From the NCBI GenBank assembly GCA_049288455.1, contig JBAQHS010000298.1, positions 1 to 62,154 on the forward strand: a stretch of DNA of 62,154 nt. The letters are read 5' to 3'. Below, piece by piece: positions 10,032 through 17,508 of the stretch; position 1 is the stretch's first letter, and each line of letters opens with the position of its first letter. Under the pieces are notes generated by a model that made no database searches, had not been told where the DNA came from, and was given only the letters and a program-made list of their open reading frames with translations. Source of the DNA: Gaiellaceae bacterium (GTDB lineage: Bacteria; Actinomycetota; Thermoleophilia; Gaiellales; Gaiellaceae). Both the position numbers and the translations under genes were made by a program.

Positions 10032-10903
10032 TGCCAGGGTTCCTCGAGCGGCTCGAGGCGAGGACGGTTCTGCTGGCCGACGGGGCGACGGGCACGAACT
10101 ATCAGAACATGGGCATCGAGCCCGGCGTCGCGCCCGAGGAGTGGGTCGTCGACGAGCCGGACAACGTGCGTGACCTGCACCGTCGCTTCGTCGCAGCCGG
10201 CTCGGAGATCGTCCTCACGTGCAGCTTCGGTGGGACGTCGCTGCGCCTCGCCGACGAGCGGCTGGCCGGCCGCGCCGTCGAGGTCAATCGGCGTTCGGCC
10301 GAGCTCGCGCGCGAGGCCGTCGGGGCCTACGTGCTGGTCGCCGGCTCGCTCGGGCCGACGGGCCACCTGACCGAGCCGCTGGGGCCGTTGACGCGAGCGC
10401 TCGCCGTCGCGACCTATGCCGAGCAGGCGCGGGCACTGGCAGATGGTGGCGTCGATCTGCTCGTGCTCGAGACGTTCTTCTCGCTCGACGAGGGGCTGTG
10501 GGCACTCGAGGGCATCAAAAGCGCGACCGACCTGCCCCTCGTCGTCTCGTACAGCTTCGACCAGGGCACGAAGACGATGATGGGACTGACGCCGACGCAG
10601 GTCGTGGACGCATTCGGCGAGCTCGGGATCGCGGCCATCGGCGCGAATTGCGGAAAGTCGCTCGCCGACACCGACCTGATCGTCGACGAGCTCCTTGCCG
10701 CCGCGGGCGAGCTGCCCCTGTGGGTGAAGCCGAACGCGGGTGTTCCGCGGATGGTTTTGGACGCGGTCGTCTACGACGCCGGCCCGGCCGACCTGGCCTC
10801 CCACGTGGCCGGCTACGTGGCCCGTGGGGCGCGGATCGTCGGTGGCTGCTGCGGGTCGACCCCAGAGCACATCGCCGCGATCGCGGCGAGCCTCACCCTC
10901 TGA
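10031..10903 (+). CDS. Homocysteine S-methyltransferase domain protein (MetH Hcy module / BHMT / MmuM-like)
   Basis: 'LLADGATGT', 'FVAAGSEIVLTCSF', 'IGANCG' and 'GGCCGSTPEHI' (zinc Cys triad). ATGA overlap with the upstream gene. Confidence 0.8.
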   Translation: MPGFLERLEARTVLLADGATGTNYQNMGIEPGVAPEEWVVDEPDNVRDLHRRFVAAGSEIVLTCSFGGTSLRLADERLAGRAVEVNRRSAELAREAVGAYVLVAGSLGPTGHLTEPLGPLTRALAVATYAEQARALADGGVDLLVLETFFSLDEGLWALEGIKSATDLPLVVSYSFDQGTKTMMGLTPTQVVDAFGELGIAAIGANCGKSLADTDLIVDELLAAAGELPLWVKPNAGVPRMVLDAVVYDAGPADLASHVAGYVARGARIVGGCCGSTPEHIAAIAASLTL

Positions 10904-11031
10904 TCACAGGCCCGTTCAGCGGCCACGCGCCCTCTTACATCTCCCTTACGTATCTCCGGTTGTCCTCTGATCTCCGCGGGGAGGATGAGGGTGAGCTTCA
11001 TCCCGCAAACTCGAAAGTAGGTAGGTACCCA

Positions 11032-11556
11032 ATGAAGATGTTGATGCTTCTCGCAGTGACCGCTGCCCTCGCCGCGCCCGTCGCTGCCTTTGCGAGCGGC
11101 GCGCCGTCACCGGCCTCCACCGCCAACACGCTCTGTAAGGCGAGCCAGACCGCCATGGGCGCAAAGCTCTTCAGCCAGACGTATGGCGCGAACGCGTTCG
11201 GCAAGTGCGTCGCGAAGAACGCGGCCACGGCCAAGGCGATCGTCACGAGCGCGTCGAAGACGTGCAAGGCCCAGCAGGCCGACGTGAACTTCGCGGCCGC
11301 TCACGCCGGCATGACCTTCGATCAGGTCTACGGCAACGGTTCGAAGGGCAAGAGCGCTGATGCCAACGCCTACGGTAAGTGCGTTTCGCGGGCCGTCTCC
11401 GCGTCCGTCGCCGCGCACGTGAAGGCGACGACCTCGGCAGCGAAGACCTGCAAGGCAGCGCTGAAGGCGAACGCTGTCGGCTTCGCAGCCACGTACGGCA
11501 AGGATCAGAACGCTTTTGGCAAGTGCGTCGTTGCGACGTCCAAGCCGACCAAGTAG
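11032..11556 (+). CDS. Secreted protein with three internal Cys-pair repeats, unknown function
   Basis: Real start is ATG 11032 inside ORF-track frame 10219..11556. Signal peptide 'MKMLMLLAVTAALAAPVAAFASG'. Three repeats of [LT]CKA...F...YG...NA[FY]GKCV. Followed by a terminator hairpin. Confidence 0.7.
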   Translation: MKMLMLLAVTAALAAPVAAFASGAPSPASTANTLCKASQTAMGAKLFSQTYGANAFGKCVAKNAATAKAIVTSASKTCKAQQADVNFAAAHAGMTFDQVYGNGSKGKSADANAYGKCVSRAVSASVAAHVKATTSAAKTCKAALKANAVGFAATYGKDQNAFGKCVVATSKPTK

Positions 11557-11580
11557 GGCACGCACCACGGTAGAAGGAAC

Positions 11581-11608
11581 GCGGAAGGGCGCTGCGGCGC
11601 CCTTCTGC
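11581..11608 (+). terminator. Intrinsic terminator-like hairpin
   Basis: 12-bp stem gcggaagggcgc / gcgcccttctgc (one G-U pair), 4-nt loop, followed by gtttctgc. Lies 25 nt after the stop of the secreted-protein gene. Confidence 0.6.
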
Positions 11609-11677
11609 GTTTCTGCTCGCAGGAGGCGGCAGGTTGCGCCCTCCGGTCACGAGGGCGACAATGCGTGTGTGGAGCGG

Positions 11678-12103
11678 ATGCGGAGTCTCCCCGCTGGCAG
11701 GTCGCTGCTGCTTGCGGCGTCCGTGCTCCTGCTCGTCGACACGTTCATGCCCTGGCAGAGCGTCTCGGTCGACTCGTTCTCGTATTCCTGGAATGCGTGG
11801 CACGGGGACAAGGGCGTCCTGCTAGGGGCGCTCACCGTGGCGCTCGTCGCCTGGGCTGCAGCGTCCTCGCTCGGACTTCACCTGCCGGCACGGGCATCCG
11901 ACGCGTCGGCCGGGCTTGCGCTCGCTGCCCTCGTGGTTGCGCTCGCCGCGGTGAAGAACCTCCACGACGACGCCTCAGCGTGGGGGAGCTATCTCGGCGT
12001 CTTTCTCGGCGCAGTTGCGGCGGCCGCCGCCTGGTCGTCCTATCGTCAGGCAAGCGCTGCCTCACCCGCAGCAGTTGCGCCGCCCGCCGCCGACGCGGTC
12101 TGA
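11678..12103 (+). CDS. Hypothetical integral membrane protein
   Basis: ATG 11678 (or GTG 11669) within ORF-track frame 11516..12103. Four hydrophobic segments. Motif 'LLLVDTFMPWQS' after TM1. High GC3. Confidence 0.55.
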   Translation: MRSLPAGRSLLLAASVLLLVDTFMPWQSVSVDSFSYSWNAWHGDKGVLLGALTVALVAWAAASSLGLHLPARASDASAGLALAALVVALAAVKNLHDDASAWGSYLGVFLGAVAAAAAWSSYRQASAASPAAVAPPAADAV

Positions 12104-12119
12104 GCCTGCCGAACGAAGG

Positions 12120-12203
12120 TGCCGAAGGTGGGAATCGAACCCACACTCCCCGGAGGGAACCGGATTTTGAGTCCGGCGCGTCTACCAATTCCGCCACTTC
12201 GGC
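12120..12203 (-). tRNA. tRNA-Leu (anticodon CAA), class II with long variable arm
   Basis: Reverse complement is GCCGAAGTGGCGGAATTGGTAGACGCGCCGGACTCAAAATCCGGTTCCCTCCGGGGAGTGTGGGTTCGATTCCCACCTTCGGCA. Acceptor 7 bp GCCGAAG/CTTCGGC, anticodon stem CCGGA/TCCGG with loop CTCAAAA, T-arm GTGGG-TTCGATT-CCCAC. CCA is not fully encoded. Confidence 0.93.
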
Positions 12204-12272
12204 TTGCCGGACGAATCGTACTCGCCGGTTCGATAGGACTTTGGCCGCCGAGTCAGTAAAGTCGCACCAACT

Positions 12273-13325
12273 GTGGCAGCGAACGCATCCGCCCCGTCGC
12301 TCACCGCCCGGATCCCGCGCCCCGGCCTGATCAGTGGCCTTGGCCTGCTCTTCGTCGCCGCGCTCGTCTTCTGGCTCCTTGTCAACGCGGTCAAAACGCC
12401 GAGCGACTTCTTCGAGGTGCTGCTGATCGGGATCACGACCGGCTGCGTGTACGCGCTCGTCGCGCTCGGCTACACGCTTGTCTACGGCATTCTCGAGCTG
12501 ATCAACTTTGCGCACGGCGACGTGTTCATGCTCGGCGGCATGTTCACGATCACGTACGCCACCGACTTCTTCGGCCTCCACCACGGCCAGGGCTTTGCGA
12601 TCGTCCCGATCGTCTTCGCGGTGCTTCTCCTATCGATGCTCTCGTGCGGCGTTCTGAATGCAGTGATCGAGTTCGTCGCCTACCGGCCTCTCCGCAGCGC
12701 GCCGCGCCTGGCTCCGCTGATCACGGCAATCGGCGTCAGCTTCATCATCGAGGACGCCGGGCTGATCTGGAAGGGGCCGAACTACGTCTCCGCACCGGAC
12801 GTCTTCCCGCGCACGAAGGTCTTCTCGATCGCGGGTGTCGACTACACGTGGAACAAGCTGATCGTCGTCCTGATCACGATCCCGGTCCTGCTCGGCCTGC
12901 TGTACCTCGTGCAGCAGACGCGGCAGGGCAAGGCAATGCGAGCCACGGCACAGGACAAAGACGCCGCCGCGATGATGGGCATCAACGTGAACCGCACGAT
13001 CTCGTTCACGTTCCTGATTGCAGGCGCCCTGGCCGGTGCCGCGGGTCTTCTCTACTCGCTCTACGTGACGACGGTGCGGTTCGACCAAGGCTTCCAGCTT
13101 GGGCTGATCGCGTTCACCGCCGCAGTGCTCGGCGGCATCGGCAACCTGCCCGGCGCCGTTCTCGGCGCGGTGTTGATCGGCCTCATCCAGGCGTTCAACG
13201 AAGGGCTCAACTGGCATGCGCCCGGCTCGGACTGGACGGAGTCGATCGTCTTCTCGATCCTCATCCTGATCCTCGTCTTCCGGCCCGAGGGACTGCTCGG
13301 CGAACGCACTCCGGAGGGCGGGTGA
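12273..13325 (+). CDS. livH: Branched-chain amino acid ABC transporter permease (LivH-type)
   Basis: 'GITTGCVYALVALGYTLVYGILELINFAHGDVFMLGG' and the rest are co-linear with LivH. About 45-aa N-terminal extension with an extra hydrophobic segment. GTG start. Confidence 0.85.
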   Translation: MAANASAPSLTARIPRPGLISGLGLLFVAALVFWLLVNAVKTPSDFFEVLLIGITTGCVYALVALGYTLVYGILELINFAHGDVFMLGGMFTITYATDFFGLHHGQGFAIVPIVFAVLLLSMLSCGVLNAVIEFVAYRPLRSAPRLAPLITAIGVSFIIEDAGLIWKGPNYVSAPDVFPRTKVFSIAGVDYTWNKLIVVLITIPVLLGLLYLVQQTRQGKAMRATAQDKDAAAMMGINVNRTISFTFLIAGALAGAAGLLYSLYVTTVRFDQGFQLGLIAFTAAVLGGIGNLPGAVLGAVLIGLIQAFNEGLNWHAPGSDWTESIVFSILILILVFRPEGLLGERTPEGG

Positions 13326-14902
13326 GCACTCAGCCTGGCACCGGTACTGCGCCCGACCAGGTGGTCGGACTGCGCAACCAGCTTCGTGCACGCTGGCGGG
13401 CGCTGCCGGCCGTGCAGCGGGCGTCGATCTCGATCGGGCTCGCCCTCGGGTTCGCTCTGCTCTGTTACTTCACGCTCGACCATGCTCTCGGTTTCGCGGT
13501 CGGAACGATTGCCGCGATCTACTGGCTGCGGCGTCTGCCCTTCTATCCGCGCGTAGCCGGAGAGGTCGTGCTGATCGGGCTCTTCCTGATCTTCGGCCCG
13601 CGCTCCTTCGCGGCAATGCTCGCGATCGCATTCGCCGTCGCGATCGTGCCGGCGCGCCAGCGGCGCTGGGTGCTACCGGCCGTCGCGCTCGTCGCGGCCG
13701 TCATGTACCCCTTCTACCAGGCGAAGCTGTTCACGATCCCCGTGTTCGGCGTGTGGCCCGACGTCGCGACCGGCGTCTACATGCTCGTTTTCATCATGAT
13801 GGCCGTCGGCCTGAACATCGTCGTCGGCTACGCGGGCTTGCTCGACCTAGGCTACGTCGCCTTCTATGCGATGGGCGCCTATACCGCGGCGTGGTTCATG
13901 TCGCTGCAGTTCCCGCATCAGACGTTCCATTTCGGCGCCGTCGGCATCGATTCCCATCTGCCCGGTCTGCACATCACGATCTGGCTGATCCTGCTGCTCG
14001 CCGGAGTGGTGACAGCTGTGACGGGCATCATCATCGGCCTACCGACACTGCGGCTGCGCGGGGATTACCTCGCGATCGTGACGCTCGGCTTCGGCGAGAT
14101 CCTGCCGCAGGTCGCGCGCAACAGCGACAACCTCTTCGGCACCGGCTTCAACCTGACGAACGGGCCGAACGGGATCACGCCGCTCGACCCGATTGGATTC
14201 GGCAACCACCTGTCGAGCTGGACCGGCGGTTTCCTGCCCTCCAACTACCTGACGTGCTGCAAGGCGTCGCACCTCGGGCATCAGATCTCGTCGAGCGACG
14301 TCTTCTTCTGGACCGCGATCGTGCTGCTCCTGATCACGGTGTTCTGCTCGCTGCGGCTGCAGTACTCCAGGCTCGGGCGCGCCTGGATCGCGATCCGCGA
14401 GGACGAGACTGCAGCGGCGGCGATGGGGATCCCGCTGATGCGCACGAAGACATGGGCGTACGCAACGGGTGCGTTCTTCGGTGGGATCGCCGGTGCGTAC
14501 TACGCCGCCTTCAAGAGCGCGACGTTCCCGGGCGACTTCTTCTTCAACATCTCCGTGTTCATCCTCTGCATGGTCATTCTCGGCGGCATGGGCAACATCG
14601 CGGGTGTGATCGTCGGCGCTGCGTTCCTCGCCTATCTGAACCAGGAGGGGCTCGCGAACATGGGGGCGTGGCTCAACTCTCACATCTCGGTGATCGGCAA
14701 CCTGCCCCCGGTTCCGGGTGATACAGGCAACGGCCTCGACGTCCCACTCTTTGCCACCGGCATCTACGGCGCGATCATCCTGATCGTGATGCTCTTCCGG
14801 CCGGAGGGGCTGATCCCATCGAGGCGGCGGGCGGCCGAGTTGCACGAGGGCGTCCACGACGAGCCGCTCTACGACGCGACACACGCGGGGGCGGAGGCAT
14901 GA
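13322..14902 (+). CDS. livM: Branched-chain amino acid ABC transporter permease (LivM-type) with long N-terminal membrane extension
   Basis: Start set to GTG 13322 (GTGA overlap with the livH stop) inside ORF-track frame 12644..14902. LivM core 'GLNIVVGYAGLLDLGYVAFYAMGAY'. About 150 aa of additional TM helices lie upstream of the core. Confidence 0.85.
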   Translation: MSTQPGTGTAPDQVVGLRNQLRARWRALPAVQRASISIGLALGFALLCYFTLDHALGFAVGTIAAIYWLRRLPFYPRVAGEVVLIGLFLIFGPRSFAAMLAIAFAVAIVPARQRRWVLPAVALVAAVMYPFYQAKLFTIPVFGVWPDVATGVYMLVFIMMAVGLNIVVGYAGLLDLGYVAFYAMGAYTAAWFMSLQFPHQTFHFGAVGIDSHLPGLHITIWLILLLAGVVTAVTGIIIGLPTLRLRGDYLAIVTLGFGEILPQVARNSDNLFGTGFNLTNGPNGITPLDPIGFGNHLSSWTGGFLPSNYLTCCKASHLGHQISSSDVFFWTAIVLLLITVFCSLRLQYSRLGRAWIAIREDETAAAAMGIPLMRTKTWAYATGAFFGGIAGAYYAAFKSATFPGDFFFNISVFILCMVILGGMGNIAGVIVGAAFLAYLNQEGLANMGAWLNSHISVIGNLPPVPGDTGNGLDVPLFATGIYGAIILIVMLFRPEGLIPSRRRAAELHEGVHDEPLYDATHAGAEA

Positions 14903-15720
14903 GCGAGCACGCCTCCGACACGAACGGCAACGTCCTCGTTGCGGACGCGCTGCGCAAGGAATTCGGCGGTCTCGTCGCCGTCAACGACGTCAGCTTCACG
15001 GTTCCTCGCGGGCAGGTGACGTCGCTGATCGGGCCGAACGGCGCGGGCAAGACGACGTTCTTCAACATGCTCACCGGTGTCTACAAGCCGACCGGCGGCT
15101 CGATCACGTTCCTCGGCGAGGACGTCACCGGCAAGCCGCCGCATGCCATCACCCAGCGCGGCATCGGCCGCACGTTCCAGAACATCCGTCTGTTCCAGAA
15201 CATGTCGGCGCTCGAGAACGTGCTCGTCGGCATGCATTCGCGGATGAAAGCGAACCTCTTCAACTCGATCGTGCGCACGCCGTTCGTGAGGCGCGAGGAG
15301 AAGGAAGCGCGCGATCGGGCTTTGGAGCTGCTCGAGTACACGGGCCTGCGGCGCAAGGCCGAGGAGACTGCGAAGAGCTTGCCGTACGGCGACCAGCGCC
15401 GCCTTGAGGTCGCGCGCGCGTTGGCGACGAACCCGCAACTGTTGCTGCTGGACGAGCCGACGGCCGGGATGAACCCGCAGGAGTCCGCGGAGTTCACCTC
15501 GTTCGTCGGGCACCTGCGGGAAGAGCGGGGCGTGACCGTGCTGATGATCGAGCACGACATGCGGGTCGTCATGGGCGTCTCCGACCGCGTGTCGGTGCTC
15601 GACTACGGCGAGAAGATCGCCGAAGGCACGCCGCGCGAGGTGCAGCAGGACGAGCGCGTGATCGAGGCCTATCTCGGCAAGGCGGCGGTCGAGGACATGA
15701 AGCGGCAGGGGCTCTCGTGA
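14899..15720 (+). CDS. livG: Branched-chain amino acid ABC transporter ATP-binding protein (LivG-type)
   Basis: Walker A 'GPNGAGKTT', 'LPYGDQRRLEVARAL' signature region, Walker B 'LLLLDEP'. ATGA overlap with livM. Confidence 0.9.
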   Translation: MSEHASDTNGNVLVADALRKEFGGLVAVNDVSFTVPRGQVTSLIGPNGAGKTTFFNMLTGVYKPTGGSITFLGEDVTGKPPHAITQRGIGRTFQNIRLFQNMSALENVLVGMHSRMKANLFNSIVRTPFVRREEKEARDRALELLEYTGLRRKAEETAKSLPYGDQRRLEVARALATNPQLLLLDEPTAGMNPQESAEFTSFVGHLREERGVTVLMIEHDMRVVMGVSDRVSVLDYGEKIAEGTPREVQQDERVIEAYLGKAAVEDMKRQGLS

Positions 15721-16448
15721 GCACGAACGGCGGCACGCCCATCCTGCAGCTCACGGATGTCCACACCTATTACGGCTCGATCCACGCCCTCAAGGGCGTG
15801 TCGATCGAGGTTCACGAGGGCGAGATCGTCACGCTGCTCGGCGCAAACGGCGCGGGCAAGTCGACGACGCTTCGCTCGATCAACGGCTTGAACCGGCCGC
15901 GGCAGGGATCGATCCGCTTCCAGGGCAAGGACATCACGAGCGTCGCCGCGCACGAGATCGTGAAGCGTGGCATCGCGCAGTCGCCGGAGGGCCGCCGGCT
16001 CTTCCCGCGCATGACCGTGACCGAGAACCTCGAGATGGGCGCGTTCCAGCGCAAGGATCGCGCGGAGATCAAGACCGACATGGATCGCGTGTTCGAGCTC
16101 TTCCCGCGTTTGTACGAGCGGCGCACGCAGAAGGCGGGGACGATGTCCGGGGGCGAGCAGCAGATGTGCGCGATCGGCCGGGCATTGATGGCGCGGCCGA
16201 AGCTGCTCCTGCTGGACGAGCCGTCGCTCGGGCTGGCGCCGATCTTCGTCGAGCGGATCTTCGACATCATCAAGCAGATCAACGATCAGGGCACGTCGAT
16301 CCTCCTCGTCGAGCAAAACGCCGCCATGGCGCTCGACGCCGCGCATCGCGGCTACGTCCTCGAGACGGGCCATATCGTCCTCGCCGACGACGCGAAGTCG
16401 CTGAAGACGAACGAGCAGGTCCGCAAGACCTACCTCGGCGAGGGCTAG
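15717..16448 (+). CDS. livF: Branched-chain amino acid ABC transporter ATP-binding protein (LivF-type)
   Basis: 'GANGAGKST', 'MSGGEQQMCAIGRAL' and 'LLLLDEPSLGLAP', length 243 aa. GTGA overlap with livG. Confidence 0.9.
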   Translation: MSTNGGTPILQLTDVHTYYGSIHALKGVSIEVHEGEIVTLLGANGAGKSTTLRSINGLNRPRQGSIRFQGKDITSVAAHEIVKRGIAQSPEGRRLFPRMTVTENLEMGAFQRKDRAEIKTDMDRVFELFPRLYERRTQKAGTMSGGEQQMCAIGRALMARPKLLLLDEPSLGLAPIFVERIFDIIKQINDQGTSILLVEQNAAMALDAAHRGYVLETGHIVLADDAKSLKTNEQVRKTYLGEG

Positions 16449-16525
16449 CCGCTCCAGCCACGTCCCACCGGGACTCGTCTCGTCGCCAAACGAGGGTTAC
16501 GAAACCGTGCCGGGCGAGCCCCGTG

Positions 16526-16549
16526 CGTGGTCAGACCAAGTGTGACGAA
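16526..16549. repeat. Copy 1 of a 24-nt direct repeat containing the inverted repeat TGGTC-A-GACCA
   Basis: cgtggtcagaccaagtgtgacgaa. Matches 23/24 with the copy at 16651-16674. Lies in the 307-nt convergent intergenic region. Confidence 0.8.
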
Positions 16550-16650
16550 TGTGCAACAGCCGTCCGGCCGCAGGACATGGCCGGAAGGAGCGGTTCGGCC
16601 GACAAAAGCCAGGAACGGCGGCTCTTCCGGTAGGCGTCACGCCGTACCAA

Positions 16651-16674
16651 CGTGGTCAGACCAACTGTGACGAA
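16651..16674. repeat. Copy 2 of the 24-nt direct repeat (TGGTC-A-GACCA core)
   Basis: cgtggtcagaccaactgtgacgaa, 125 nt downstream of copy 1. A degenerate third core (gttggtcagcc) lies at about 16690. Confidence 0.8.
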
Positions 16675-16755
16675 ACTGAAACGCTCGAGTTGGTCAGCCC
16701 GTCTGCTCGAGACGCGTGGGTGTGGGCCGGCGGTCGGCGGGGGTGGCGCAGGCGG

Positions 16756-17508
16756 TTAGGCGTCGCGGCGCTGGGTCCAGAACCGGCCGGCGCGGGCGAA
16801 GACGGCCGCCCACACGACGAGGATCACGAGCGCGGCGGCCGTGGACATCGCGACGCGCTGATCCGAGGACTGATGTGGCTGGAAGTGCTCGGCCGCCGCG
16901 ACGTCGATGAACTTGCGCGCGCTCCCCAGGCTGTGGAACGAGATCAGGATGTGTGCAACGACCGAGTTCCAGACGATCAGCACGCCGATCACGATCCGTG
17001 AGCTGACAATCGCTGCAAGGCCGACCGCGAGGAACAAGTTGACGATGCCGGTCGCGAGCGCGTAGGCGAGCTCGTGCGCTACGTCATGGGCCGACGGGTT
17101 TGGCAGGTCACCCGCGAACACGAAGCTCGCGATGGTCACGACCGCGAATCCGGTCAGCATCATCGGAAGCCAGACGAGGAGTGCCCCGGGCGCACGGACG
17201 TTGAAGAGCGTCGAACGGCGGCGCCCGGTGACGACGAGGTCGCGAAAGACTCCGTTGCCGACATCCTGGCTACCCGCCGTCGCTCCGATCAGCACCGCGG
17301 TGAGCGTTCCGAAGAGCGCCACCGTCTCGGCGGCGCCGCGGAAGTTCGACGGCCCGCCTGCCGGCCCGTGATGCGCGGCGTTCACCGCGTGCAGGACGAC
17401 GAGCACGGTCTCGACGATCGCAACGACGCCGACCGTGAGTAGGACACACCACGTCATCAGGGCGCGCCGCCGGACGAGCTTCAGGACCTCGGCGCGGATG
17501 AGTCTCAT
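16756..17508 (-). CDS. ABC-2-type transporter permease
   Basis: 250 aa, six hydrophobic segments, N-terminus 'MRLIRAEVLKLVRRRAL' typical of ABC-2 permeases. ATGA overlap with the upstream ATPase gene. Confidence 0.75.
   Translation of the reverse strand: MRLIRAEVLKLVRRRALMTWCVLLTVGVVAIVETVLVVLHAVNAAHHGPAGGPSNFRGAAETVALFGTLTAVLIGATAGSQDVGNGVFRDLVVTGRRRSTLFNVRAPGALLVWLPMMLTGFAVVTIASFVFAGDLPNPSAHDVAHELAYALATGIVNLFLAVGLAAIVSSRIVIGVLIVWNSVVAHILISFHSLGSARKFIDVAAAEHFQPHQSSDQRVAMSTAAALVILVVWAAVFARAGRFWTQRRDA

Noticed and set aside
10219-11031. Long N-terminal extensions in the ORF track: 10219-11031 ahead of the secreted protein, 735-839, 12644-13321, 17505-18581 tail, 20568-21674, 26260-26592, 30918-31274, 36327-37394, 37886-39010, 45279-46421, 47161-48579, 53582-54118, 57009-57374 and 58045-58182.
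   Set aside because: The extensions overlap well-supported upstream genes and are Arg-rich. An internal start with an SD, or a 4-nt start/stop overlap, reproduces the normal family N-terminus. I therefore trimmed the CDS coordinates.
12120-12203. tRNA-Leu as an integration site marking a genomic island.
   Set aside because: I saw no integrase, no direct repeat of the tRNA 3' end, no phage or IS genes and no compositional shift on either side.
16549-17001. A 150-aa plus-strand ORF spans the repeat-containing intergenic region.
   Set aside because: Its 3' half is antisense to the ABC-2 permease gene. The sequence is Arg/Gly-rich with no SD, and the two 24-nt repeats fall in different frames, which argues against protein-level conservation.
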